DNA of 64,000 nt from Candidatus Spongiisocius sp. (GTDB lineage: Bacteria > Actinomycetota > Acidimicrobiia > Spongiisociales > Spongiisociaceae), in the NCBI GenBank assembly GCA_965203035.1, contig OZ241858.1:1600882-1664881 (forward strand), given 5' to 3'. A program made the position numbers and the translations under genes. The notes beneath the pieces were generated by a model. It was not told the DNA's origin and made no database searches. It was given only the letters and a program-made list of their open reading frames with translations. The first letter of the stretch is position 1. Each line of letters starts with the position of its first letter. Positions 1-9,355 of the stretch are shown piece by piece.

Positions 1-774
1 ACTCCCGACTTCACCACGGTTTTTCCCGACGGGAGCAGCGTCGCCGTCGAGGTCACGATGCACACCGACTCCGGCCGCCGGCAAGTTAGCTCCGCCCGCT
101 ATCGGTCGGTCGATGCCGGTCTGCGCTACGACTGGTATGTCCACGTGCATGACCAGCGCTTTTTGAACGACTACGACGGCGAGAATTCGTTTCCCGTCAA
201 GAAGGTGGGAGCCATCCTGGCCGCGGTGCTGGTGGACGTGGAACAAGAGGATTGCGAGCTTGACGATCTGGCCCGTATCGGAGAACGCTGCGAGCGAGAG
301 ATCGACGGTAAGTGGCAGTGGGCCAGGAATGATCTCCTCGATCAGTTGCCGCCGCTCTCCGTGTCCATCCGACACAGGGGCCTTGCCGAGGGTGACCGAG
401 GCAGGGTCCACCTGCATGTTTCGACCTCCGTGTTTCACTTCTCCAAGGTGACCGCCGTATCTGCCCTGATAACCGCCGTCCAGCAGCGCATCAATGACAA
501 ACAGGCGAAGGACCAGTGGGGCGACACGGCTGATCCGAAGTGGTTGGTGGTCGTGCTGGATGAGGGTGAGGCCGCGACGCAACTTGTCGGCGTGACCGAG
601 TTCGACGACGAGGACTTGGACTTCAACGAGATCGTGTTCCCTGAGCTGGACGAAGTCTGGGTTGTCGCGTTTGACGACGGGAAGATCACGGTCCTCCGCT
701 GCGCGAGGTCTGGCCCGCCGTGGCGCCTTTACCGGAACCTTCGGGTAGATCTCGGTAGCAACTCGGACACATAA
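1..774 (+). CDS. hypothetical protein, 5'-truncated by the window edge (frame open from nt 1); convergent with drmC
   Basis: ORF track 58..774. The same frame is open back to position 1. No recognisable motif. Sits at the distal end of the DISARM locus. Confidence 0.4.
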   Translation, partial: TPDFTTVFPDGSSVAVEVTMHTDSGRRQVSSARYRSVDAGLRYDWYVHVHDQRFLNDYDGENSFPVKKVGAILAAVLVDVEQEDCELDDLARIGERCEREIDGKWQWARNDLLDQLPPLSVSIRHRGLAEGDRGRVHLHVSTSVFHFSKVTAVSALITAVQQRINDKQAKDQWGDTADPKWLVVVLDEGEAATQLVGVTEFDDEDLDFNEIVFPELDEVWVVAFDDGKITVLRCARSGPPWRLYRNLRVDLGSNSDT

Positions 775-1000
775 GCGACTGTGACAACAACACAGAGCCA
801 TCCATTGTCGGTCATTGCTCGACAAGGTAGGCGGCATGTGTTGGGTGGTTTTCGCGAAACAGCGCGGCTGCGGCGATTCCATTGACAGCTTTGACAATCT
901 CCTCATGCTCGATCCTGATCGATTGAGCGGCGGGAGCCACAAGCGTGACGAGGCTGCACCGCTACTACGACCCGTCAGACGTGCCGCTATGAGAGTTGGC

Positions 1001-1789
1001 CTAGGAAGTCGGGAGGGGGCTGAGTAGGCGGGTGTCGATTAGGGCTTGGAAGTGGTTGGCGACGCTGGTGGCCAGAACTCGGTGGCGGATCAGGACGCCT
1101 AGCTCGATGTTTCGGTCGAGGGCGGCGGCGGTGAGGTTGGCGGAGGTGATGAAGACGGCCTCGTCGTCCACCACCACGGCTTTGGCGTGGAGTACGCCGG
1201 TGGGGCCTTCCGGGTCTAGGGAGCGGGGGTCGTAGTAGACGGCGGGCTTGGACGTGCCGGGCCAGTCCTTTCCCCAGAACTGGTCGGTGAAGCGACGGAC
1301 GAGTTGGTCTTCGGAGGTCTTGTCGCCACGGGCGCGCTGGATGTTCAGCAGGATCGTGACTCTCAGACCGGGGATGCCGTCGAGGCGTTGGGCCAGGTGG
1401 GCGAAGGCTTGGGGGCCGTCGAAGTAGGCGTAGGTGCTCACCCACACGGACCGCTCGGCGTTGTCGAACAACTCCTCGTAGACGCGGCGGGTGTCGCGGG
1501 CGTGCAGGCCCGGCACCTCGGGGCCTGACCACACCAGGTCGGGCGACGGAGCCTTGGCGGATGCTTGCTCCACGGAGCGAATCCACGCTGCAACCGCTCG
1601 CCCCGAGATTCCGAGACGTGCGAGTTGGTTGATCTCGCTGATTATCTCCTCAGCACCATCTCCGATTCCAACCTCGGATTCGAGAGACAACCGGCTTGGG
1701 CGATCAGGGAGAAGGCCATAGTCGAAGGCGTCGGCGAGCTTCCGCAATAGATTCGAGGGAAGCGCCTGGATGTGGTGGCCCGCGAACAT
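1001..1789 (-). CDS. drmC: DISARM DrmC, phospholipase-D-like (HKD) nuclease
   Basis: Single HxK(x4)D..S.N motif 'HAKAVVVDDEAVFITSANLT'. Start ATG at 1789 overlaps the drmB stop by 1 nt. The N-terminal extension in the 327-aa track ORF is Arg/Pro-rich GC artefact. Last gene of a drmD-drmMI-drmA-drmB-drmC arrangement. Confidence 0.8.
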   Translation of the reverse strand: MFAGHHIQALPSNLLRKLADAFDYGLLPDRPSRLSLESEVGIGDGAEEIISEINQLARLGISGRAVAAWIRSVEQASAKAPSPDLVWSGPEVPGLHARDTRRVYEELFDNAERSVWVSTYAYFDGPQAFAHLAQRLDGIPGLRVTILLNIQRARGDKTSEDQLVRRFTDQFWGKDWPGTSKPAVYYDPRSLDPEGPTGVLHAKAVVVDDEAVFITSANLTAAALDRNIELGVLIRHRVLATSVANHFQALIDTRLLSPLPTS

Positions 1790-3612
1790 CAGCTCATAGG
1801 GAAGAAGGCGGCGTCTTCGTGGCCGAGTACCGGCACTACGAGCGCCCTGTCGAGGTAGTCGTTGCGCATCTCGCAGGAGGTCTCGGCGATCAGGGTGCAT
1901 CCGTGACAGGCGGCGCCGTGCAGCCCACGCTCCTCGAAGTCCTGATGGGCGGTGTGCTGGGCGCAGATCGGGTCGTTGGAGCACAGCTTGCCCATCTCCA
2001 GAGCGTGGGCGAGGTGTTGCTCGAAGTGGCGGGCCTGCTGGACGAGGCCGCCCAGCGTTCCCTCGGCATCCGGACTCCCCGTGTAGAGGAGGATGCCGTA
2101 GTTGCCGGACTCTACGTACACCCGCTCACGGATGGAACTGGCCGGGTATCCGCAGCGCATCGCCATCGACTGGATGAGCAGGTGAGCCAGGGTATGCAAC
2201 AGGATGTACGGGCCGCCGGGGAACCCATCCGGCCCCTTACCTCGGCTTTGCCGCCAGGCCTTGTGGCCGTCCAGCAACTCGTTGATGCGGTCCTTGACAG
2301 GCGGGCGCTTCAACCAGGCATCGACCGCTGAGGGGTGCAGATGGGCGAACACGCCCTCTCCCCGGTTCTCGACGGCGGGGAACCATTCGGGTTCGATGGC
2401 GAGGTCGGCTCGTTCCACGTCGGTTTCGTACTCGCCGTGGATGTCCCGGACCGCCGCCTCGAAGCGGGTGAAGCCGATCAGGGCTAGAACCTCGCGCAGC
2501 CGGTGGAGCTGGAACACCGACTCGACTCCGCTGCTGATCCCGGAGTCCGGGTGCCTCCAAACATTGTCCGGCAGCCGCCGGGCGTGGAAGTCAGGATCAA
2601 CCGGCACGTCATCGCCGAACCCCTCGGGCGCGCTGAGTATGGCCTCGATCTCGGCTTCCTTGATGGACCGGTCGGATCCGGTCCCGCTGCGACGCTGTTC
2701 GATCGCCCGCATCACCTCGGCGTCGGCGAAGGGGCTCAGCGCCTCGGCAATCTTCGGTTTCCCCTTGATGAAGCTGAGGTGGAGAGGTTCAAGCACGATC
2801 TGAAGGTCGTCCCAGAGGTCGTTGACCACCCGCTCGACGGCAGTGCCCCGGTCTGGCAGGGAGAGGATGCCGACTACCTGGGGAAAGTAGGCGTTGGAGG
2901 CCGTACGGATGAGGAGCCGGCTCGGGTGGTTGCAATCCTCGGCGGTGTTCAGGCCGAGCCAGGGCCGTGTGCCTCGACAACCACCGAGCGGCCGGGTACT
3001 GATATCCGTGGCCTCGTAGAGGCGTCGCGACTTGCGACACTCGCACCGGACGACCAAGTCGGCCAGGTCCCCGGTGGTTCCTTTCTCGTCGAGCCAGAGT
3101 TGACGCCCGCAGCGTTTGCCTCGGCCGTGCACGAATCCAATCCAATCGAGGTCGTCGACGTGTCCCCTCGGGCAGGCCCGTACGAATCGGGTGGGAACCA
3201 CGGATCGACCCTCGTAGCGCCCCTTATCGTCGAGGGTCCTCCGATGCACGAGCCGGCGGGAGCGGGTCCGCCCCTTCCGAGCGGAGGGCTCGGCCCCACC
3301 AGCGCCGGACAGGTTGGCTTCCTGCACTACGAACCACTCGGGGAACCGCCACGCGCCGATGCCCTGTCCCGACGCCCAGGGTTCGGACGGTTCGGGCGGG
3401 GGAGCGTACATCTTCGGCGCCGGCACACCCGTGATGAGCCGGAGAAAACCGGTGAGCCGCGCGTCCACGACCTCGGTAAGGCCGGCCGGGCTCGGCCAGG
3501 TATCGAGGCCGCCGACGATGGCGGCATGATCGGGTAGGTCGATCAGCGCACCCGGCCCGTAGGTGGTGATCACCTGGCTCTGGCGGATCTGCCCGTGGGC
3601 CTTGGGACTCAT
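1789..3612 (-). CDS. drmB: DISARM DrmB (DUF1998-type, C-terminal Cys cluster)
   Basis: ~607 aa from internal Met 'MSPKAHGQIRQSQVITTYGPGALIDLP'. C-terminal 'CAQHTAHQ...CHGCTLIAETSCE' zinc-ribbon-like cluster typical of DUF1998. Lies between helicase drmA and PLD drmC. The track ORF N-terminus (3612-3837) overlaps drmA and is an artefact. Confidence 0.75.
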   Translation of the reverse strand: MSPKAHGQIRQSQVITTYGPGALIDLPDHAAIVGGLDTWPSPAGLTEVVDARLTGFLRLITGVPAPKMYAPPPEPSEPWASGQGIGAWRFPEWFVVQEANLSGAGGAEPSARKGRTRSRRLVHRRTLDDKGRYEGRSVVPTRFVRACPRGHVDDLDWIGFVHGRGKRCGRQLWLDEKGTTGDLADLVVRCECRKSRRLYEATDISTRPLGGCRGTRPWLGLNTAEDCNHPSRLLIRTASNAYFPQVVGILSLPDRGTAVERVVNDLWDDLQIVLEPLHLSFIKGKPKIAEALSPFADAEVMRAIEQRRSGTGSDRSIKEAEIEAILSAPEGFGDDVPVDPDFHARRLPDNVWRHPDSGISSGVESVFQLHRLREVLALIGFTRFEAAVRDIHGEYETDVERADLAIEPEWFPAVENRGEGVFAHLHPSAVDAWLKRPPVKDRINELLDGHKAWRQSRGKGPDGFPGGPYILLHTLAHLLIQSMAMRCGYPASSIRERVYVESGNYGILLYTGSPDAEGTLGGLVQQARHFEQHLAHALEMGKLCSNDPICAQHTAHQDFEERGLHGAACHGCTLIAETSCEMRNDYLDRALVVPVLGHEDAAFFPMS

Positions 3613-3614
3613 CG

Positions 3615-6600
3615 TCAGGAGTCCGACAGGGATGCGGTGAGCGGCTTGATGTGCAGGTTCACGTCCGGCTCCACGTCCCGCAGCGAGCGGTTGGCGCGGA
3701 ACTTGCGCTGGTGGGGCGAGTCGAACTCCTCCTCGAGTATCTCCCGGAGCAGGCGTCCGGGGCCCCTGCCCGACTCGTACTTCTGGTACTTCACGGCGCT
3801 GTTGACGATCTGGTAGTGCTCCACCACCGCCAGCCACGAGTCGAGCAGATCGACCACCCGGGCAGCCACGCTCTGGCGCCGATCCTCTCGCTCCGCCTCG
3901 TCATCCAACGGTTGGCTATCCACTCGTTCCTGGAAGAGTTCCCGCAGCCGTTGCTCGACCGCGGCCCGCACGGTCGTGAGCGAAGTGACACCGCCGGGCG
4001 GCGTCAGGACCGGTTGGGCGTGGCGGGCGTATCCGACCAGCGCGCCGGCCATGCCCCGGTCGAGGGCGCGCGCCGAGAACGGCGTGACGCTCGACGCCTC
4101 GACGGGCCGGTAGAAGGTCTCGTGGTAGTGGCGGAACCGTTCGTAGTGGGACCGGTCGCGAGGCTTGTGGACGTTGAGCAGCGTGACCACCAGTCCCGGC
4201 TTGCGGTCGTCGCGGCCTACGCGGCTGGTGGCCTGGATGTACTCGGCGTGGGTCTTGGGCTGGCCGAGCACCACCATCAGCCCGAGGCGGGGAATGTCGA
4301 GGCCCACCGAGATCATGTTGGTGGCGATGGCGCTGTCCACCCGATCCCTCTCGTGCGCGCCGCGCCCGAGGCGGCGCCGTGCCTCGGCCACCTTGGCGGT
4401 GGGAACCCGAGACGTCAGCTCCACGACCTCCGAGAAGGTCCGGCGATCCCGGAACAGGCCCTCCTGGTAGTTCTGGCCGATGCGCCTCCGTCCCCCGGAG
4501 GCCTTGACGGTGTTGCGGACCTCCTCCTCGAGGATGCGCCTCGCCCCACCCAGTTCGCGAAGGCTGTTGAAGTAGCCGAGCACGGTCATGTACGGATCGG
4601 CCGGGTTGTCCTCGTTGCGGTGCCCGCCGGAGTCCCGGTAGGCGCGCTCGGCCGCTCCCATGAGGGCCAACCAGACGCGACGCATCAAGGTCTTCGGGTT
4701 CCGGCCCGGTGACGCGATGCCGAGATAGAGCCGGCCGGGTACCTGATCGTTCGGAACGATCTCGGCGAAGAACGAGTCGCGCCGGTCCGGTCCAGGAGGC
4801 GGGAAGATCCGGGTGTTGGATCGGGCGAACAGGGCTTGGATCTGGTCCTGAGCCTGGCGCACCGTGGCGGTGGAAGCCACGATCTTGGGCAGCACGTCAG
4901 GGGTGGAGGCGTCTCCCTGATGATCGGTACCGGCGGCCCGCACGCACAGCGCCTCGATCACAGTCTCGTACAGCCCGGCCATGGTGCCGAGGGGCCCGGA
5001 TATCAGGTGCAGCTCGTCCTGGATCACCAGGTCGGGCCCGGGGAGCGGCCGCCCGAGGGGCTGGCCCTGCTTCGGGTCGGCGGCGCCGTAGAACCCGGCT
5101 TCGTCATAGCGATCCGCCCCGCCGAGCAATGCCCCGGTCTGGGCCGTCCACGGAAGCGAGGCGAACTTGTCCACGGTGGCGATCAGGAAGGCGGGAAGGC
5201 GGCGGTAGATGGGCTCGTCCACGCCCAGGATCGGCAGAGGGCGGTCCCCGCTGAAGTCGCACTCGAAGTCGGCGCAGACGATACGAAGCTCGGTCGGTGT
5301 GTCATCGTCGGGCCTTAGATCGAACGACGCCGGCTGGAAACGGGTGTCGCACCACGGGCAACTCTCCAAGGGGATGGGCAACGGCTTCCCCGTCGGGTCG
5401 GCCTTGAACCGGATGGTCTTGGACCGGGCCGAGTCCGACCGCCCATCGCCCTTGCGGCCCATGATGTTCGGGGTAGCCGCCTTGCCGACCCACAGGCCGA
5501 TCTCGAACGGCCAGACTCCGTAGCGCTCAGGGTCAGCCTCGCGTTCGAGTTCGAGCGCGCAGACGAGACCGGCCGCGCGGGCTAACTGGTCGAGCGTGAG
5601 CAGACGCAGCGTGTAGCGCATGATCACAGCGACCCCGGCGCCGTGCCTGCCGTCCTGGCCGGGGTTGCGGAGGCGCCTCAACACTATGGAGAAGGCGGCA
5701 AGACCCAGGTATGCCTCGGTCTTCCCGCCGCCGGTCGGGAAGAAGAGCAGGTCGACGATCTTGCGATGGGAGTGGTGCGGGTCGCCGAGGCCGGGAAGGT
5801 TCAGCAGGATGAAGGCCAGCTGGAACGCCCGCCATCGCGGGGCCGGCTCGTCAGGCCCGAGCCGCTGGCGCAGGGCTCGGGCCACAGCACGGTTGGCCAT
5901 CCTGAAGGCGTCGAGGGCATCAGGATCGTTAGCGAGAAACTCGATGCCGCTCTCGATGCGGGCGGCGGCGATGCCGGCGTGACGCAGCAGCTCCTCTGCG
6001 GTCTCCCGACGGTCGCCGTTGTGCGCTCCGAGACCGTCGCGCTGCGCATCGATCCAGGATCGATAGTGGTCCACGAGTGGGTTCAGCGCTGCGGAGGCAT
6101 CCTCGCCGTCGGCCAGAGCGCCGAGGGCCTCCATCGACAACTCAACCTCCGGGATCTTCACGGGCTCGGTCTTGGCGACGGTCGCGCTGGGGATCCAGGC
6201 CGTGCGCAGCAGGCGGCAGTCCCCATGGACCATCTCCCACTCGGCGGACACGCCGTGACCGACGGCGTACTCGGGCGTGTCGGCGTAGTGGAGGTCGGCA
6301 ACCCGGTCGTCCCACTCCGCAGCCGCCATCCCGCGGGGGTCGGGCCGGGGAACGAAGGACTCGTTGCATGTGACTTCGAGTTCCGCCTGGAATGCGTAGG
6401 CTCGGTCGGCAACTCCGGCACCAGCCGGCTTGCTCGGGACGGGCGGCCGATTGTTCACGAGAAACACCGACACCGACCGGGTTCCACGGGGGAGAGCGGC
6501 TAGACGGCGGCCGTGGATCGGCCTGGAGACGACATGCAGCCGCAGACCGCCGGACGCCGGAACCCGGTGATCGGGAGGGTCCGAGAGGTCCACCCGCACG

Positions 6601-7100
6601 GTTCGCTCCTGCGCCCTCCTCCGCCAGACGGATAGCGGTTTGCCTTCCGCATCCTCCCCCTCGCCAGGCGTGTAGTCGCCCCAGCGAACCGTCACTTCGA
6701 GTGCGCCGGTGTCCTCGGACACGAGGAAGCTCAGACCAATCGAGGACGGGAAGAAGCCCTTCTTCGCCGCCCGCCGTTCGTCGGCGGACTCCTCGACCAG
6801 CCCGGCGGTGTCCGGGACCTCGTCGAGGGAGTCGTCCTCGTCAACGTCGCTCCGGTCCTCGAACGGCGTGTCCGACGGGATCAGGAACCCGGTCAGGTAC
6901 CAGTTCGACGGTCTCCTCCAACCGGGCAGTAGTTCATCGGCGAGGTCGTGACCGGCGCCTGGTCCCACAAGGTCGAGCTTCAGCGCCTCGACCAGGTACT
7001 CGCGCACCTGCGCTGAGTCGGCGAACGCGAGTGACGACGGTGGGGAGTCAGCGATCATGCGGATGTACTGTAGGCAGAGCGCCTGACACGGAACAGCCAA
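3615..7100 (-). CDS. drmA: DISARM DrmA, DExH-box helicase (1161 aa)
   Basis: Walker A 'FFPTGGGKTEAYLG', DExH 'VIQDELHLISGPLGT', C-terminal helicase motifs. TTG start at 7100, with an in-frame stop 2 codons upstream. Confidence 0.8.
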   Translation of the reverse strand: MAVPCQALCLQYIRMIADSPPSSLAFADSAQVREYLVEALKLDLVGPGAGHDLADELLPGWRRPSNWYLTGFLIPSDTPFEDRSDVDEDDSLDEVPDTAGLVEESADERRAAKKGFFPSSIGLSFLVSEDTGALEVTVRWGDYTPGEGEDAEGKPLSVWRRRAQERTVRVDLSDPPDHRVPASGGLRLHVVSRPIHGRRLAALPRGTRSVSVFLVNNRPPVPSKPAGAGVADRAYAFQAELEVTCNESFVPRPDPRGMAAAEWDDRVADLHYADTPEYAVGHGVSAEWEMVHGDCRLLRTAWIPSATVAKTEPVKIPEVELSMEALGALADGEDASAALNPLVDHYRSWIDAQRDGLGAHNGDRRETAEELLRHAGIAAARIESGIEFLANDPDALDAFRMANRAVARALRQRLGPDEPAPRWRAFQLAFILLNLPGLGDPHHSHRKIVDLLFFPTGGGKTEAYLGLAAFSIVLRRLRNPGQDGRHGAGVAVIMRYTLRLLTLDQLARAAGLVCALELEREADPERYGVWPFEIGLWVGKAATPNIMGRKGDGRSDSARSKTIRFKADPTGKPLPIPLESCPWCDTRFQPASFDLRPDDDTPTELRIVCADFECDFSGDRPLPILGVDEPIYRRLPAFLIATVDKFASLPWTAQTGALLGGADRYDEAGFYGAADPKQGQPLGRPLPGPDLVIQDELHLISGPLGTMAGLYETVIEALCVRAAGTDHQGDASTPDVLPKIVASTATVRQAQDQIQALFARSNTRIFPPPGPDRRDSFFAEIVPNDQVPGRLYLGIASPGRNPKTLMRRVWLALMGAAERAYRDSGGHRNEDNPADPYMTVLGYFNSLRELGGARRILEEEVRNTVKASGGRRRIGQNYQEGLFRDRRTFSEVVELTSRVPTAKVAEARRRLGRGAHERDRVDSAIATNMISVGLDIPRLGLMVVLGQPKTHAEYIQATSRVGRDDRKPGLVVTLLNVHKPRDRSHYERFRHYHETFYRPVEASSVTPFSARALDRGMAGALVGYARHAQPVLTPPGGVTSLTTVRAAVEQRLRELFQERVDSQPLDDEAEREDRRQSVAARVVDLLDSWLAVVEHYQIVNSAVKYQKYESGRGPGRLLREILEEEFDSPHQRKFRANRSLRDVEPDVNLHIKPLTASLSDS

Positions 7101-7112
7101 CCCTCAGGCAAG

Positions 7113-7143
7113 GCACCCTCGTGTCCGCGCTCACGGCGAGGGT
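7113..7143. promoter_or_regulatory. perfect 8-bp-stem hairpin (caccctcg N15 cgagggtg) immediately upstream of the drmA start; possible operator or 5' structure
   Basis: Seen directly in the sequence. Lies in a ~200-bp divergent intergenic region between drmA (-) and the plus-strand small-protein operon. Confidence 0.25.
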
Positions 7144-7306
7144 GTTAACGAGATGCCGGGATGTCAACCTCTAAGGTTTTTTGGCGTTCTACTATGTCGA
7201 GCCACGATTGGCACAGGTAGAGAGTAGTGTACGATAGAGCAGGGGCACGCTGGCCAGCGGCCCGGCACCGTGATCCATGCGGATGGCACGTTCGAGGAGG
7301 TAGAGG

Positions 7307-7507
7307 ATGACCACGACATATCACATGACGCGTGAGGAGCTGTGGCAGGAGATGGAAGCTCGTCTTGAGGAGGAGCGGATGACCGTCGAGGAGTTCCGCG
7401 CCGAGGGCGAGGCGGACACGCTCACCGATGCCGAACTACGCGAGCTCTGGTTGATGTACAGGCCACTCCTGTTCGACGATGAAGAATCCCACTGGGAGGA
7501 TCGCTAG
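7307..7507 (+). CDS. small acidic protein P1 (66 aa), paralog of P2
   Basis: Shares 'EGEADTLTDA' and the flanking pattern with the next ORF. Strongly acidic. Its stop overlaps the GTG start of P2. Confidence 0.5.
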   Translation: MTTTYHMTREELWQEMEARLEEERMTVEEFRAEGEADTLTDAELRELWLMYRPLLFDDEESHWEDR

Positions 7508-7695
7508 TGGCCGAAGTAAGGATCGTCACGAACGAACAGATGATCGAGGAGGTCAAGAGCATCCTTGAGGCTGAGCACATGACCTTCGAGCGTTTCGTCT
7601 CCGAGGGGGAGGCAGATACGCTTACCGATGCTTTCCACAGGGATCTATGGCTCGACTATCGCGAGTGGATCCGAGACTGGATCAACGACACATGA
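7507..7695 (+). CDS. small acidic protein P2 (62 aa), paralog of P1
   Basis: GTG start overlapping the P1 stop. 'FERFVSEGEADTLTDAFHRDLWLDYR' aligns with P1. Its stop overlaps the ATG of the next gene (ATGA). Confidence 0.5.
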   Translation: MAEVRIVTNEQMIEEVKSILEAEHMTFERFVSEGEADTLTDAFHRDLWLDYREWIRDWINDT

Positions 7696-8387
7696 CACAG
7701 TCGTTACTCCGTCCGGCCTCCGAATCCTTCGCCGATCGACTCAACAGAGTGGTCGCGGCAGCGCTAGAGACCGATCTGCGGTTCGTGGCCAGCGTGGCGA
7801 GCAACGGTAGGCGTGCGAACGTTCGAGCCTCCGCAGTTCCGAACCGCAGATCCGACGGGTTCCCTCTGGTTCGCCTTAGCGACATACCTGGAGCACCGGC
7901 GATGTTTCTTCTGCCGAGGTTCTTCGTCGAGATCAGTCCTGAGACCGCCCGCCTTCGGGTCGCGACCTCCACCATTGGGTTGTGGGTGGACATCACCGGC
8001 GGCCGCAAGCCACCACGTCCGTTGATACGGGTCGAATACGATCGTCGACTCGATACGGGCCATGGGGCGGCCGCGCATGTTCATGTTCACGCTCACTCGC
8101 CTGAACTGGCCTGGCTTTACGGCTCCAGCGGTCTGGCTGCCCCCAATCTTCATGCTCTGCACTTCCCGGTTGGTGGTAGGAGGTTCCGACCGACACTCGA
8201 GGACTTCCTGCTCTTCCTGGACAGGGAGAACATTTTCACCCATTTCAAGGAAGGATGGAAGACCACCGTGCTGCGATCACTTCGAGAATGGGAGGAAATC
8301 CAGGCGAGGTCGACGGTACGGCAGTATCCCCGATTGGCAGCCGATGCCCTGCGAGATATGGGTTATAGAGACCTGAGGTGTGGTTAG
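7692..8387 (+). CDS. hypothetical protein P3 (~231 aa, His-rich segment 'HVHVHAHSPE')
   Basis: Internal Met of track ORF 7647..8387, coupled to P2 by an ATGA overlap. No recognised domain. Third gene of the plus-strand operon embedded in the DISARM locus. Confidence 0.45.
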   Translation: MTQSLLRPASESFADRLNRVVAAALETDLRFVASVASNGRRANVRASAVPNRRSDGFPLVRLSDIPGAPAMFLLPRFFVEISPETARLRVATSTIGLWVDITGGRKPPRPLIRVEYDRRLDTGHGAAAHVHVHAHSPELAWLYGSSGLAAPNLHALHFPVGGRRFRPTLEDFLLFLDRENIFTHFKEGWKTTVLRSLREWEEIQARSTVRQYPRLAADALRDMGYRDLRCG

Positions 8388-8830
8388 CAGTCGGACTGAT
8401 TCGACCATCGTTCCGTCGTGTTGTACGCAGAGAACAAGGCGGGAAAGAAGCCCTTCTTCGCCGTCCGCAGTTCCTCGGCCAATTCCTCCGCTAACCCGGC
8501 TTTCTCCGGCACCTCGTCGAGGGATTCGTCCTCGTCCAGGTCGCTGCGGTCCTCGAACGGCGTGTCCGACGGGATCAGAAACCCGGTCAGGTACCAGTTC
8601 GACGGTCTCCTCCATCCGGGCAGTAGTTCATCGGCGAGGTCGTGACCGGCGCCGGGTCCCACCAGGTCGAGCTTCAGCGCCTCGACCTGGTGGGAGCGCA
8701 CATCCGACGAATCGGCGAACGTCAGCGACGACGGCGGGGAGTCAGCGATCATGCGGACGTACTGTAGGCAGGGCGCCTGACACGGAACGGCCAACCCTCA
8801 GGGAGGCATGCACGGGCCACCGCTGCGGCA
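8384..8830 (-). pseudogene. degraded 5' copy of drmA (first ~115 codons plus ~10 nt upstream), roughly 85% identical to authentic drmA by eye
   Basis: Track ORF 8384..8794 translates to 'MAVPCQAPCLQYVRMIADSPPSS...GFFP', matching the drmA N-terminus, then diverges to a stop. Nucleotides 8700-8830 align with 7020-7120. Confidence 0.7.
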
Positions 8831-8892
8831 CGGGAGTGATGGCCGACTATCTAGAGGAATACCGAGGCCGCCGCCTGGGAAACCCAACATCA

Positions 8893-9336
8893 TCAGCGAC
8901 CGGCAGCTCTGGCTGCCTTTTCGATCCAAGTGCCAAGGTTATCGTAACCCTTATGCCATTTCCAAAGATAGAAGGGGTAACCGCGTGGAATCCTGCCGCA
9001 ACGCGAGCTAGTTTTCCCGGCGAGATCTTTGATCTTACTTATATCGACCCCCAGAAGGCCATTGCCACGTTCTTTGCTCGCCTTGATCTCGTACTTGACC
9101 CATTTGCTCCTGCACGTGTGCGACCCCACAAGAACTACTGTGACCGAAGTTCCCTTCAGTTGTTCATCAATCCAGTTCTTGATCGCCTCGTCTCCGCGCT
9201 GTTTGATCTCTTCGAATTCGGCCTTGTCAATGAATCCGGACGCTTCCTTGCCCTGAGTAACCCAACTATTGCGGACAACCATCGCTCGCGAGACATCGTG
9301 GTCGTACTCGAAACTGAAGAATACCCGGCGAGCCAT
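8893..9336 (-). CDS. TIR-like domain protein (DUF1863 / ThsB-like), 147 aa
   Basis: 'RVFFSFEYDHDVSRAMVVRNSW...SVTVVLVGSHTCRSKWVKYEI' matches the DUF1863 TIR-like pattern (FISY..D......W......S..V.vL.S......S.WV..Ei). Local GC ~50% versus ~68% in flanking DNA. Confidence 0.6.
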   Translation of the reverse strand: MARRVFFSFEYDHDVSRAMVVRNSWVTQGKEASGFIDKAEFEEIKQRGDEAIKNWIDEQLKGTSVTVVLVGSHTCRSKWVKYEIKASKERGNGLLGVDISKIKDLAGKTSSRCGRIPRGYPFYLWKWHKGYDNLGTWIEKAARAAGR

Positions 9337-9355
9337 CTATCTTTCTCCTGTACGA

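Noticed and set aside
987-1586. 199-aa Arg/Pro-rich ORF (and many similar: 4709..5254, 6392..7174, 16601..17260, 18255..18729, 22809..23348, 28273..28812, 31104..31853, 46301..47173, etc.)
   Set aside because: Antisense or out-of-frame to strongly supported genes. Arg/Pro/Gly-rich composition is typical of spurious ORFs in high-GC DNA.
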